A stretch of DNA of 63,574 nucleotides from a virus (lineage: Duplodnaviria > Caudoviricetes): positions 1-63,574 of IMG/VR virus record IMGVR_UViG_3300048672_000387. The stretch is one strand, 5' to 3'. Both the position numbers and the translations under genes were made by a program. Below the pieces are notes generated by a model. It saw only the letters and a program-made list of their open reading frames with translations. It did no database searches and had not been told where the DNA came from. Below are positions 41,671 through 51,774 of this stretch, piece after piece (position 1 is the stretch's first letter; each line of letters starts with the position of its first letter).

Positions 41671-41732
41671 AATTTTATTTTTCTTATTTATTTTACTTTT
41701 TGATTGCTTAATTATATAGCACTTGACTTTTA

Positions 41733-44072
41733 TCAACTTTTAGGTTTTGGTTTTGTTTTGGCAATTGCTAGTTTATTTTGCATTTCTTTTTCTTTTATTT
41801 TAATATCTTCTTGTTTCATTTTAGATTCATGAGCCATTCTTAAATTATCGTTAGTTTGATTAGCAGCAATTTCTTGTTGTTTTAATCCTATTTCTTGTTG
41901 TTTTAAACCAGCTTCAACCATTACTTTTTGAATATCAGCATTATCATCTCCTTCATCTATAGCATAAGCAGTCATTTCAGCTTTACGAAGATCCCATTCA
42001 CCTTTACGGTCTATAAGTTCTAAATCATAAGCATGTTTTTTATCTTGCATTTGATCTTGCATTTGAAGAGCTTGTTGCTGTTGTTGAGCTTTCATTTCTT
42101 CCATGTGCTTTTCAAATTCTTGAGTTTTTAATTCAGCTTTTCTAAGTGCATCTTTAATTTGTACAAAAGATTCTTGTTCTATTATTTCAACTACAGTAGA
42201 AGCAGGAGTACCGTTTTGTACCATAGCTTGAGTAAGCTGTTCCAACTTTTGCATTTTTTGCATATCTTTAGTAGAATTAGACATAAATATACCTAATTCA
42301 GCTTCAGAATATTCTGATGGATCAATATCTAAATAAATAGTATTGCCATATTCAGGATGTACAAATGAAGTTTTTTTACCGTTAATCCAAGCAAGTCTAG
42401 AATAATCTAAAATAGCTTGATATTCTCTTTCTTTAAACTGATCAAATAATCTAAAATACATTTCTGTAATTAAAGAAGATTGAACTACAGCTCTTTCTAC
42501 TCCTCCTACAGTTTCAGATGAAGATATTTGACCTTCTCTTTGACGACTAATTCCACATACATCATCCCACTCCATTTTAATTTGAGCAAGTAATTGAATA
42601 TATGCTTGTATTGTATCTGATGCTAATTTAATAGCTGTTTGATGTTGAGCATTAAACCTAACACCTTCTTTATTATAATCTACAAATCCTATACCGGTAA
42701 GGTCTAGGTAGTTCATCCATTTTTCAGTATCCCAACCTTTAGGTATTATGTTAATATCCATAATAGCCATTTGATCTTTCATTTTAGAAATAGCTAATTC
42801 CATTCTATAATGAATACCATTATAAAGAACTTGGAAAGGAACTCCTAAAGATACAAGTGATATATTTTTAGAATTTCTATTAGACATTACTCTACCATTA
42901 TAAGGAGATTTACATTTAGAACCATTATCTAAAGAACCTCTTTGTACAGGACAAGGTCTAATTTTTTTATAATATTTATTGTTAATTCTATAACCTTCCC
43001 AAAATTCATTTTCCCAATGCCATTCTATTTCTTCTCCTTGAGCAGGTTTATAATCTTCAGTTACATCTAACATTTGTTCTTGACCATATTCATCCATGAA
43101 TTTTACAATTCCTACTTTTTTACGAGATTTCCAAACAACATGAATTACTTCTAATAATCTACCATAAGATTTAAATGGTTGTTGCCTATCTTGTATTTGA
43201 GCAAATGGTATAAACCATTCAGAATTTATAGGAGCAGATTTTTCTAAGTCAGCTATTTCCTCTTTAGTAAATGGATCATCTCCTTGAAAATAATCTACTA
43301 TACCTGAAACAGTCATGTATTTTCTTCTACAAACCCAATCAGCATCTTCAACAAATTGAATATCAGGATCTTTATCAAAATCCATATCTAATGGATTAAC
43401 ACATTCATATACATTTTCATTTGAAATAACATCTCTAAATGAATATGTTTCTCCTGCTACTAAAAAATCTAAAAACTCTAAATCAAAATGTTCTTCTAAC
43501 TTTAAATATTTTTTTAAAAAACTAAGTGCATGTTGTCCTGATATAGCTCTTTTATCTCTATAAGTAGATTCAAATTCTTTAGCTATGTATTCTGGTGTTT
43601 GTGTTTCTTGACTAGGAACTCCAGTATCTACACCTTGTTCATTAAGAGTATTTATAAATAACTGTTCAATAGATTGATTTAATTTTTGATTAAGTTCTTC
43701 TGTTTTTCTATTTATAACATCTCCGTTAGTAACTACAACTGTAAAATTATCAGGTCTTTTAGCAAATTCTCCTCTAAGTAAATCTATTTTAGGTTTAATA
43801 ATAGGATAATTTTTAACTTGGTTAGGTGAACCTGTTCTTGTTTGTCCGTAAGGAGCTATAAAAGATTCATAATCTTTAGGATCTACAACACCATTATAAT
43901 AATCATATAGTTTTTTCATATATACCTTATATGAAGAATTACTAAATGAAGCTAAACTAATAAATGCTTTTATATTAGTTTTTCCCCATTGATTATCTTT
44001 AGCTATTTTTTCACTATAACTAATTGTTTGTATTGGTATATTAAAAAATCCTGTTGATTTAACTTCTTCCAT
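41733..44072 (-). CDS. Portal protein (likely start MEEVK at 44072)
   Basis: YPIIKPKIDLLRGE, VIHVVWKS and GISRQREGQI..ETVGGVERAV motifs; directly after terL. Confidence 0.9.
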   Translation of the reverse strand: MEEVKSTGFFNIPIQTISYSEKIAKDNQWGKTNIKAFISLASFSNSSYKVYMKKLYDYYNGVVDPKDYESFIAPYGQTRTGSPNQVKNYPIIKPKIDLLRGEFAKRPDNFTVVVTNGDVINRKTEELNQKLNQSIEQLFINTLNEQGVDTGVPSQETQTPEYIAKEFESTYRDKRAISGQHALSFLKKYLKLEEHFDLEFLDFLVAGETYSFRDVISNENVYECVNPLDMDFDKDPDIQFVEDADWVCRRKYMTVSGIVDYFQGDDPFTKEEIADLEKSAPINSEWFIPFAQIQDRQQPFKSYGRLLEVIHVVWKSRKKVGIVKFMDEYGQEQMLDVTEDYKPAQGEEIEWHWENEFWEGYRINNKYYKKIRPCPVQRGSLDNGSKCKSPYNGRVMSNRNSKNISLVSLGVPFQVLYNGIHYRMELAISKMKDQMAIMDINIIPKGWDTEKWMNYLDLTGIGFVDYNKEGVRFNAQHQTAIKLASDTIQAYIQLLAQIKMEWDDVCGISRQREGQISSSETVGGVERAVVQSSLITEMYFRLFDQFKEREYQAILDYSRLAWINGKKTSFVHPEYGNTIYLDIDPSEYSEAELGIFMSNSTKDMQKMQKLEQLTQAMVQNGTPASTVVEIIEQESFVQIKDALRKAELKTQEFEKHMEEMKAQQQQQALQMQDQMQDKKHAYDLELIDRKGEWDLRKAEMTAYAIDEGDDNADIQKVMVEAGLKQQEIGLKQQEIAANQTNDNLRMAHESKMKQEDIKIKEKEMQNKLAIAKTKPKPKS

Positions 44073-44078
44073 TTTGTG

Positions 44079-44086
44079 CAAATTTA
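44079..44086 (-). promoter_or_regulatory. Bacteroidetes -7 promoter element
   Basis: TAAATTTG upstream of ATG 44072. Confidence 0.5.
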
Positions 44087-47000
44087 ATAATTAGAATTGA
44101 AATTACCTAATGAATCAAATTTTGTAAAAAAAGGGTCTGTATTATAAACATATTGAGGTCTATCAATAGATTTACTTTCAATTTGTTTTTGATAATACAT
44201 AGCAATTATACAAGCAGAAACCCTATCAAAATTTCCATCGTATTCAAATTTAATTAATTCTTCCAACAAAGGTACAGAATAAATCATATTTAAATTTAAT
44301 TTAATTTTACCAGATGGATCTACTCCTCTTCTACATAATAACCAATCTCTTAAATATAAACATCCTTGTTGTTTCTTTTTTAAATTAGACATAGACATTC
44401 CATATCCTCTACTTAATGAATTAGAAACTTTTTCTCCTTTATCGTAAATATCAGCTTCTTCTTGTAACCAACTTAATACTTTATTAGTTCTACAATATTG
44501 AATAACATTTCCCCTATCATTTTCAAATCCTATTTTAGCATTATAATATTTGGCAATCATTATCATAATCCTATTATATTCATCTTGACCAGCTGAAGGT
44601 CTAGCTGTATATTCAGCTACAATTAAATCGTCAGGTTGTGATATATTATTTACTTGTTTAAATACAAATAATGAACCTAAAGATTCTCCTTTTTCTGAAT
44701 CTACTCCATAAGGGTCATGTCCTATATAATATAAATTATTAGGTACTCTATTTTCTTCTTTATATGGAGCTTGATATTGAACAAAACATCCTTCTCTATC
44801 AGAATCTTTTTTAAGTGGAAAAGAATCTATTGGTTTAGCTTTATCTGAAGGATTAAATATTATTTCTCCATCTTTATCTACAAGTTCTCCACATACACCT
44901 AACGATTCATCTATTCTACTAGATTTAATATAATTAATTTGAGCTTGAAGTTCTGCTTTAGGAAATATGTTACTAGATGCTTTAATAAAGGCCTCTTTCG
45001 GCGTCCTGGGAAATTCGGCCAGCATTACATCTACTGCATTAGGATCTTTAGAAGTTCTTTTTTTATTTTCTATTTCTCCTTCAATATATATTTTAGCTTC
45101 TTCAATTTGAGATTCACCTTTTTCAGATATAAATCCACCTTTAGAATAATAATCTGGTAAAAAATAACCTATTTGAGTTAACTCCATTCCTTCTTCAAAT
45201 ACATTTTTATATGCTCTAAAGTTATAAGGTTCAGGATTATAAAACATTTCATCAAAATCTACTATACCGGCAGAGAAATCTCCACCTGTTCCAAAAGCAA
45301 AAATTTGACCTGATACTCCTAAACCTTCTTCTACTGTTGGTCTTGTTGCTGCATAGGTAGCTTTAAGGTTAGTAAAAGACCCACAATTATGCACAATTGT
45401 AAAATCAGATAATAAAAATAAATTATCTTTATCTACTGTAATTCCATAATATTCTCCTTTTCCAAAATCTTCTATTTTTATTCTAGTATTTAATGGGTTA
45501 GAGGTAGGTTCCCAGTTTACAACTTTTTTTCTTTTTATTTTAACAGGTATTTTTCTGTAATCTCCTTTTATATGTAATCTAAAATAAACTCCATTTTTTC
45601 TATATCCTTCTTTTGATTCTTTTAAAGCTAATGTAGTAGCAAAACCACAAGAGTTAGCTAAAAACTCTAAATCTTTTATAAGTCTATAATTTGCTTGAAT
45701 AATTTCGTATGAAAAAGAATGGCTGGTTCCTTTATGTAAAAATCCATCACTATCAATAAACCCAGCTAAAAGTTCTAATCTTTGTTCTAAAGAAGAAAAT
45801 TTATAAATATTAGGAATATGCTTATTACAATGTATATTTAAATCTTTAAGTAAAGTAGTAAATTTATTTTTTATTTGCGGCTTTTCTCGTAAAGTAAATG
45901 TTTTACATTTAGGTGTTTTATTACATTTATTAATTCTTAATTCTGCGTTTAATCTAGTAGCATATTCTTTTATATAGTTTTCTATTTCACAATCTGCTTC
46001 AACATTAATTACAATATTTGCTTCAGTTTTATCTCCATCACCTAACCACAACCCTAACCAATAAGGCTCAAAAGGTAATTTTTTTTCTTCAAAATGTAAC
46101 CCTGAACTTTTTATTCCGTAACTAGTTTGCTGCTTATATTTAATTAATTTTCTAAATTCACCTACTGTATATTCTTTAATACCATCATTTGTGTAACATT
46201 TATTGTTACATTTTTGTTCTAAAACAAGTTTGTGTTTACTGTTTACAACATAGTTAATTCCTTTTTGTTGTTTAACTAAATATAAATCATCTGTTCCAGT
46301 TGTAGTATTCAAAACAGTTCTTTTAGAACCATCTTTACCCATAACAAAATCTCCAATTTTAATATTTTGAATATTTTTAATAGAACCATCATACATTAAA
46401 ACTGGAGTGTCTTTTCCAAAACATTCTTCAAATAAAATAACATTAGCATCTTTACCCCTGGCAACTGAAGCATTATTTTTAGCTGTCATTGCTAACAATC
46501 TACTAAAACTTCCACTTCTTGTTTTGGTTCCATCAGCTAATACTTCTTCATAACCTGCTAATATTTCATCTTTAGGTTTATTAATTAATCTATTTTTACC
46601 AAAATCAGTATATTTCATTAAGAAATCTAAATAGCTTACAGCCATTCCCATAGTTTCTTCTGAATAATCGGATGATTCTGCTATAATAAGTGATGTAGAT
46701 TTTCTAAGAAATGTATAATTATATGCACATTTAGCTGCATTTTTATATGAATACCCTCTACGTCTAGGTTTAAGAATAATCATGTGTTGTCCAGCTTCTC
46801 TAGCTAATTCACATTCAGTAAAATAAAACCAATCACTATCCCAAAAATCTGGAAAAGTTACTAATTTTTCTACTTTCTTTTTACCTTTTAATACTTCTGA
46901 TCCAAATCCTGTTTTTAATTGTATTTGACAAAAGTTTAAATAAAAATAATGTTCTCCTGTAATACGCACTCCACCAACAGAATAACCATTTTTACAATAG

Positions 47001-47155
47001 TATTCTTGTTCATCCCAATATTTAATCCATTCATAAGAATGTTTAGGAGCATCTATATAAAATCCAACACCTGTATTTTTAAAATTTTTAAGCCATTCAT
47101 TTGCTGGCAACCTAAAATTTTCTATATTAATGTGGCTAAGATCTAACGTAAACAT
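44084..47155 (-). CDS. terL: Terminase large subunit with intein
   Basis: ITGEHYFYLN, KPRRRGYSY, Walker B ILFEE, FGTGG, nuclease GHDPY and NFDRVSA motifs. Confidence 0.92.
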   Translation of the reverse strand: MFTLDLSHINIENFRLPANEWLKNFKNTGVGFYIDAPKHSYEWIKYWDEQEYYCKNGYSVGGVRITGEHYFYLNFCQIQLKTGFGSEVLKGKKKVEKLVTFPDFWDSDWFYFTECELAREAGQHMIILKPRRRGYSYKNAAKCAYNYTFLRKSTSLIIAESSDYSEETMGMAVSYLDFLMKYTDFGKNRLINKPKDEILAGYEEVLADGTKTRSGSFSRLLAMTAKNNASVARGKDANVILFEECFGKDTPVLMYDGSIKNIQNIKIGDFVMGKDGSKRTVLNTTTGTDDLYLVKQQKGINYVVNSKHKLVLEQKCNNKCYTNDGIKEYTVGEFRKLIKYKQQTSYGIKSSGLHFEEKKLPFEPYWLGLWLGDGDKTEANIVINVEADCEIENYIKEYATRLNAELRINKCNKTPKCKTFTLREKPQIKNKFTTLLKDLNIHCNKHIPNIYKFSSLEQRLELLAGFIDSDGFLHKGTSHSFSYEIIQANYRLIKDLEFLANSCGFATTLALKESKEGYRKNGVYFRLHIKGDYRKIPVKIKRKKVVNWEPTSNPLNTRIKIEDFGKGEYYGITVDKDNLFLLSDFTIVHNCGSFTNLKATYAATRPTVEEGLGVSGQIFAFGTGGDFSAGIVDFDEMFYNPEPYNFRAYKNVFEEGMELTQIGYFLPDYYSKGGFISEKGESQIEEAKIYIEGEIENKKRTSKDPNAVDVMLAEFPRTPKEAFIKASSNIFPKAELQAQINYIKSSRIDESLGVCGELVDKDGEIIFNPSDKAKPIDSFPLKKDSDREGCFVQYQAPYKEENRVPNNLYYIGHDPYGVDSEKGESLGSLFVFKQVNNISQPDDLIVAEYTARPSAGQDEYNRIMIMIAKYYNAKIGFENDRGNVIQYCRTNKVLSWLQEEADIYDKGEKVSNSLSRGYGMSMSNLKKKQQGCLYLRDWLLCRRGVDPSGKIKLNLNMIYSVPLLEELIKFEYDGNFDRVSACIIAMYYQKQIESKSIDRPQYVYNTDPFFTKFDSLGNFNSNY
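45386..46423 (-). mobile_element. Intein (346 aa) with LAGLIDADG homing endonuclease
   Basis: Starts CFGKDTPVLMYDG and ends FTIVHN|C; internal LGLWLGDG and LAGFIDSDG blocks. Confidence 0.93.
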
Positions 47156-47156
47156 A

Positions 47157-47759
47157 TTATCTTTCTCTATTACTTATTTCTGTATTTCCTCTAGCTTTAG
47201 TATTAAGCTGTTTTTCATTTTTAATTCTTTGTTCTAAAGATTCGAGTTCTTTAAGAATTGCAGGTACTCTTTTACCTACATCCATAAGAGCATTTATATC
47301 ATCAACAGTTACTTGAACACCTGTTTTAACTGCATTACCCATTTTAATAATTGCTTGTTTATGAGTTTCATTAGTTAAATTTTCTTCAAGTTGTTCAATA
47401 AGTGCTTTAATAATTTTATCTGTTTTATGTAATGTTTCATTAAGTGTTACTACTAATTTTTCAGATGGAGTAACATTTAATTTTTGATACAATTCTATAC
47501 AATCTAATATTTCTTTATCGGCTTTCCAATTTTTATCTTGAAATATATCATTAGCTAAATGAGAATGTCTTTCTTTTTCCGGAAAATTAGAATAGTTAGA
47601 CATATTGTCTGACATGTGATAAACATAACATAATTCTTTTTTACAATTTTTTTTATATCTATCTTTATCTCTAACAATTACTTTTCTAAAACATTCTATA
47701 TCTCTAACTTCTGGAGCTGGTTCAGCTTCTAAATTTTGATTAAGTATTAGCAGTTTCAT
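47157..47759 (-). CDS. Conserved crAss protein upstream of terL (possible small terminase)
   Basis: Adjacent to terL; RDKDRYK..KELCYVY motif; C-terminal KARG. Confidence 0.55.
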   Translation of the reverse strand: MKLLILNQNLEAEPAPEVRDIECFRKVIVRDKDRYKKNCKKELCYVYHMSDNMSNYSNFPEKERHSHLANDIFQDKNWKADKEILDCIELYQKLNVTPSEKLVVTLNETLHKTDKIIKALIEQLEENLTNETHKQAIIKMGNAVKTGVQVTVDDINALMDVGKRVPAILKELESLEQRIKNEKQLNTKARGNTEISNRER

Positions 47760-48021
47760 TTAATTTCTTTTTTAATTCTTCTACAGTCATGTTTACTACA
47801 ATTGAATTACTACCATAAAAAGATATAACTGATTGATCTTCATGGTCTTTTCTAGATTCTATCATTAACACTTTATCTTTTAAAGGGTCATAATTTAAAA
47901 ATATTGTTTTCCAATAATATTCTCTATCTCTTTCAATATTTAATTCTTCTAATAAATCAGAATAACCTGGATGAGAGGTTTCTGTTTTTTCACATAATAC
48001 TTCTAAATCTATAAATTTCAT
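47740..48021 (-). CDS. Hypothetical protein
   Basis: ORF overlapping both neighbours in the operon. Confidence 0.6.
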   Translation of the reverse strand: MKFIDLEVLCEKTETSHPGYSDLLEELNIERDREYYWKTIFLNYDPLKDKVLMIESRKDHEDQSVISFYGSNSIVVNMTVEELKKKLNETANT

Positions 48022-48296
48022 AATACTTTTTCGTAAGTTTTTTCAAAAATATCTGGTTTACATGGATAGAATTCTCCTTGTACTCCTTTTATGATGAAAT
48101 CACCAACTGAAGCTTTCATATTACCTTCAAGAGTTTGTATTGTAAGAGTATTTGGTTCTTCAAAAAACAATACCTTATTTCCAAACTCACTAACCAACCA
48201 TTCTGGTCTGTCTGATAACATTACTTGACCTGTCTCTTCATCAAATCCATTAAATTGAACTGCTTCAATTACTACTGGTTTTTTTCTAAATTTCAT
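48018..48296 (-). CDS. Common phage protein (RKKPVVIEAVQF / GEFYPCKPDIF family)
   Basis: Recognisable widespread phage family motifs. Confidence 0.8.
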   Translation of the reverse strand: MKFRKKPVVIEAVQFNGFDEETGQVMLSDRPEWLVSEFGNKVLFFEEPNTLTIQTLEGNMKASVGDFIIKGVQGEFYPCKPDIFEKTYEKVL

Positions 48297-49066
48297 ATTT
48301 TATCCTTTCTATTTCTATTATTCATTTCTTTAACATAAGTAGTTGCTGCTACTAAATACCATTTACCACAATCTTGACATTGGCATTTATTTTTTTTAAC
48401 GCCAACAGCAGATATTGTATAACCTCTTGAATGTGTGTTAGTTGAACTACATTCTGGACAATCTATTTTAGTAAATCCATTTAATACAGCTGCATGAGTT
48501 CTATGTTTAGTATAAGGTATCATTTCTTGATGAACTTTTTCTAATAATAAAACATCTTTCATAGCATAATCAACCATTTTACTCATTGCTTTAGAATCAT
48601 TTTCTAAAACTATTTTAGTCCATAAATTATATTCAGTATGTATTTTATTACCATGTCCTAAAAAAGATGACATATAATCTAACTTATTAGAGTTAAATCT
48701 AAAATATTTTTTAGCTAATTTATAAGTATCTACTTGATTATATTCAGGTAACATACCTATTTTATGTTTTAAACATCTAGTTCTTAACCATTTAACATCA
48801 AAATTATCAGAATTTTGTCCTACTATTTCATCAGCTTCATTTAATATTTTTAAAAAATCTTTAAGTAATTGTTTATCTTCTCCTCTATTCCACTCCAAAC
48901 AATGAACTTTGTTTTCATGCGCCCATTTGTATGCTATACAAATTACAGCTCTTTCTTTAATAATATTAGTATGAGGTATATTTAATTTATACCCTGCTTG
49001 CCAAAAAAATCCTATGTTTGGCGAAGTTTCGATATCGAAGTACAATCTTTTAAAGATATTTTCCAT
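48293..49066 (-). CDS. RNase H-fold 3'-5' exonuclease with C-terminal Zn ribbon
   Basis: FDIETS, GQNSDNFD, YAMKDV; CPEC..CQDC. Confidence 0.85.
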   Translation of the reverse strand: MENIFKRLYFDIETSPNIGFFWQAGYKLNIPHTNIIKERAVICIAYKWAHENKVHCLEWNRGEDKQLLKDFLKILNEADEIVGQNSDNFDVKWLRTRCLKHKIGMLPEYNQVDTYKLAKKYFRFNSNKLDYMSSFLGHGNKIHTEYNLWTKIVLENDSKAMSKMVDYAMKDVLLLEKVHQEMIPYTKHRTHAAVLNGFTKIDCPECSSTNTHSRGYTISAVGVKKNKCQCQDCGKWYLVAATTYVKEMNNRNRKDKI

Positions 49067-49284
49067 TACATTTCTACTATATGTTCTCCAGACGTTATCA
49101 TATCTAATTTTCCTGAATATCTTCCTAGTATATTATTACAAGCTGTAATAATACCAGGTTCATGAGGAACTCCTAAATGCTGTGCATCTAATTGAGTTTT
49201 AAGAATTTCATTAATTACAGTAAGTAACTGAATTTCAATGTTTATTCTAGGTAGTTCCGGTAATTTTGCTTTCTCTGCTATCAT
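49066..49284 (-). CDS. Hypothetical protein
   Basis: ORF in operon. Confidence 0.5.
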   Translation of the reverse strand: MIAEKAKLPELPRINIEIQLLTVINEILKTQLDAQHLGVPHEPGIITACNNILGRYSGKLDMITSGEHIVEM

Positions 49285-49495
49285 AATTTTTCTTTATTTC
49301 TTTATATTTAAGTATTTGATTTACATTAGGTTTAAATGTACCAAATCCTTCTAATTTTACTTTTGGAGCTGTTTCATCATAAATGTTTTTTTTAGCTAAA
49401 TCCATTATAAATTGAAATTGATACTCCCACATTTTTCTAACATCATTTGGTGAAAGTTTAAAATCTTTAGCAATTTCTTTAAAAATTTCTTTCAT
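49247..49495 (-). CDS. HU/IHF-like DNA-binding protein
   Basis: EIAKDFKLS..V and VKLEGFGTF motifs. Confidence 0.75.
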   Translation of the reverse strand: MKEIFKEIAKDFKLSPNDVRKMWEYQFQFIMDLAKKNIYDETAPKVKLEGFGTFKPNVNQILKYKEIKKNYDSRESKITGTT

Positions 49496-49730
49496 TAAGT
49501 TTTTTTGTTTTAACTTTCCACATAGCTACAGTAGTAATATAACTACACATTATTAATTTATTATCTTTAAATAATTCTATTTCTAAAGGAAACATATTTC
49601 TTCTAGTTCTAATTTTATATTTACCTTTAGTATAAAATCTATACATGCCTTCTCTAACAGGTTGATCATCAATCTGTTCTTCAACCCAACCTCTAAGTAA
49701 TAAATAATCTACTGTAAACTGTTCTCTCAT
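49479..49730 (-). CDS. Hypothetical protein
   Basis: ORF in operon. Confidence 0.55.
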   Translation of the reverse strand: MREQFTVDYLLLRGWVEEQIDDQPVREGMYRFYTKGKYKIRTRRNMFPLEIELFKDNKLIMCSYITTVAMWKVKTKKLNERNF

Positions 49731-49900
49731 TGTTTATATTTAAAATCAATTCCTAATCTTTTTCTATCTTTAATTTGTTGTTTTACAAAATGTTTTCTCA
49801 TTTTATATTCCTGTTGAGTTTCTCCTGGTTGTCTTGTATCAGATATTGTTTTATACAACTTTAATTCTGTACCGTCTATTTTAACTATGTGATATTCCAT
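49727..49900 (-). CDS. Hypothetical 57-aa protein (absent from the ORF track)
   Basis: MEYHIVKIDGTELKLYK...DFKYKQ; stop overlaps the next ATG (ATGA). Confidence 0.55.
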   Translation of the reverse strand: MEYHIVKIDGTELKLYKTISDTRQPGETQQEYKMRKHFVKQQIKDRKRLGIDFKYKQ

Positions 49901-49955
49901 AAACATTTAAATAGCTTGTATAATAAATACACAAGCTATTTTTAATTAATTAAAA

Positions 49956-50174
49956 TTATTTTTTAAAAGAAAATTTAGAATTTAAAATTTCTAATCTTTG
50001 TCCTAAAATTTGCAAATATTCATTCATAATTCTTGATTGTTTATAAAGCAAATCTTTATTTTGACGATCTAAATCAACAAAAGCTTGTGTACGCATAAAA
50101 TCGTTTAAAGCGTTTGTTTTAATTGCTAATTCTTGAGCTTCTATTAAAAGCCTGTCTAAAAATGATTGTTCCAT
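49956..50174 (-). CDS. crAss001_48-like small helical protein (likely start MEQSFLDRL)
   Basis: RLLIEAQEL..L..F...LLYKQ..IMNEYLQILGQRL pattern. Confidence 0.65.
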   Translation of the reverse strand: MEQSFLDRLLIEAQELAIKTNALNDFMRTQAFVDLDRQNKDLLYKQSRIMNEYLQILGQRLEILNSKFSFKK

Positions 50175-50182
50175 TATTTTTT

Positions 50183-50548
50183 TTAAATTAAAGTTTCTGC
50201 ATAAATCCAACTAATTGTAGAAGGATAGATAATTGATACTGGTGTTCCTTCAATAAATTGAAGTGGTATTTGACCATGAGTAAATTGTAAAGCTACAATA
50301 TCTCCTCTTTTAACATCTGTTACATTTTCAGCAACTGCTACTACTGCAAATTTAGGTTCACCTGATCCAGGTAACACAATACCTGAAGGAAGAGTTACTT
50401 CTTTATCAGTTAATTTAGTTACTACAATAGTACCTGTTAATGCTCTACCTTTTAATTCAGGTAATTTTTCTACTCCTTCAAAAGTAGTTACTTCTTCCAT
50501 TTGACCATTAGGTCCAACTGTTAGTTTCTTTTTTACTCCGTTATTCAT
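50183..50548 (-). CDS. GroES-like co-chaperonin
   Basis: TLPSGIVLP mobile-loop motif and VVAVAENVTDVKRGDIV. Confidence 0.65.
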   Translation of the reverse strand: MNNGVKKKLTVGPNGQMEEVTTFEGVEKLPELKGRALTGTIVVTKLTDKEVTLPSGIVLPGSGEPKFAVVAVAENVTDVKRGDIVALQFTHGQIPLQFIEGTPVSIIYPSTISWIYAETLI

Positions 50549-50571
50549 TTTTCTATTTATTTATTCAATTA

Positions 50572-50579
50572 CAAAAATA
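50572..50579 (-). promoter_or_regulatory. Bacteroidetes -7 promoter element
   Basis: TATTTTTG upstream of ATG 50548. Confidence 0.5.
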
Positions 50580-50693
50580 CTATAATATTCATTATTACCA
50601 ACAAACATTTTATATTTTACTTTTAAACCTGTTGCTAATATTTGAGTTTTATAATAATCTAATTTATCTAACATTAATTCTAATGTGTTAAAG

Positions 50694-50942
50694 TTATATT
50701 TTATTGTCATTTTCTAAAGGTGCTGGTATATAAGGTGTTAAACCTAATGATTTTAATTCTTCTTTCATAATTTTATCAAATTGAATCATTCCTTCTTTAG
50801 TAAAATATACTGTCATTGGTTGTTGAACGTATTCTTTCATAAATTTATTAAATTCTTCTAAAGTTATTGGTTTACAATTATTTATATTAGACTGTTCTAT
50901 TTCTTTTAATAGTTCATCTCCTTTTTTATTTTCATTTATCAT
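50694..50942 (-). CDS. Hypothetical protein
   Basis: ORF in operon. Confidence 0.5.
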   Translation of the reverse strand: MINENKKGDELLKEIEQSNINNCKPITLEEFNKFMKEYVQQPMTVYFTKEGMIQFDKIMKEELKSLGLTPYIPAPLENDNKI

Positions 50943-51313
50943 ATTCTATATTTTTTAAATGTTGTTTCAAATGAATAACTATATACTAAAAAAGCATATA
51001 TAGTATAAATAATTAATTGCCAAATATTTAAATTTATAAATCCTATTCCAGATATAATTAAACATATTATTTCTACTATTTTAACTCTATGTCCTCCATC
51101 ATTAGGAAAAGCATTTTCAATAGTACTTACTTTACCATCATTATTTCTATCTTTATTAGAATAAAATAAATCTCTTGAAAAATAATTACCTAAATATTTT
51201 TTAACTGAATCAAAAAATATAATACATTCAAATATTGCTCTACACCAACCGGCTGTAATTAATAAAGCAGTACATAATAATATTTGAAGTGTGTATAAAT
51301 CAATGTTTTTCAT
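50939..51313 (-). CDS. Membrane protein
   Basis: About three hydrophobic segments; DRNNDGKV loop. Confidence 0.55.
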   Translation of the reverse strand: MKNIDLYTLQILLCTALLITAGWCRAIFECIIFFDSVKKYLGNYFSRDLFYSNKDRNNDGKVSTIENAFPNDGGHRVKIVEIICLIISGIGFINLNIWQLIIYTIYAFLVYSYSFETTFKKYRI

Positions 51314-51360
51314 ATTATTTTATTTTAAAAGGTGGAAATATGATTGATTCTGTTGTTATT

Positions 51361-51573
51361 TTAATTGATGCCATATTTTTCTTTATATAATTCTTTTATT
51401 TTATCACTACATTTAAACTGATCAAATGCAAATTCTAATGCTTTTTCTTTATTCATTTTACCTACAATAGTTATTTGATGATAAACATCTTTAACTAACC
51501 ATAATATAAAATTAGGATTATGGTTTTGAGGTATATTTAAATAAGCCGGTAATATATAATCTTTATTGTTCAT
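51361..51573 (-). CDS. Hypothetical protein
   Basis: ORF. Confidence 0.5.
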   Translation of the reverse strand: MNNKDYILPAYLNIPQNHNPNFILWLVKDVYHQITIVGKMNKEKALEFAFDQFKCSDKIKELYKEKYGIN

Positions 51574-51762
51574 TTAATTTGTTATTTTTAAACCTAGTAA
51601 TTTTTCTGTTACTAACATTTGAATTTGAGATTTAGTTAAATCTTTACCTAATATTTTTATTTCTTTAAATTTAGGATTTGTAATACTTTTATTCCATTTA
51701 CGATAAATAAATTCTGTATTTGGTTGATTTTCAATATCTTGTTTTATTTCTTTTCCAGTCAT
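51574..51762 (-). CDS. Hypothetical protein
   Basis: ORF. Confidence 0.5.
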   Translation of the reverse strand: MTGKEIKQDIENQPNTEFIYRKWNKSITNPKFKEIKILGKDLTKSQIQMLVTEKLLGLKITN

Positions 51763-51774
51763 TATTATTTATTT

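Noticed and set aside
21764-47146. + strand ORFs at 21764, 26795, 28570, 44939 and 46949
   Set aside because: Antisense to well-supported structural genes, with no motifs.
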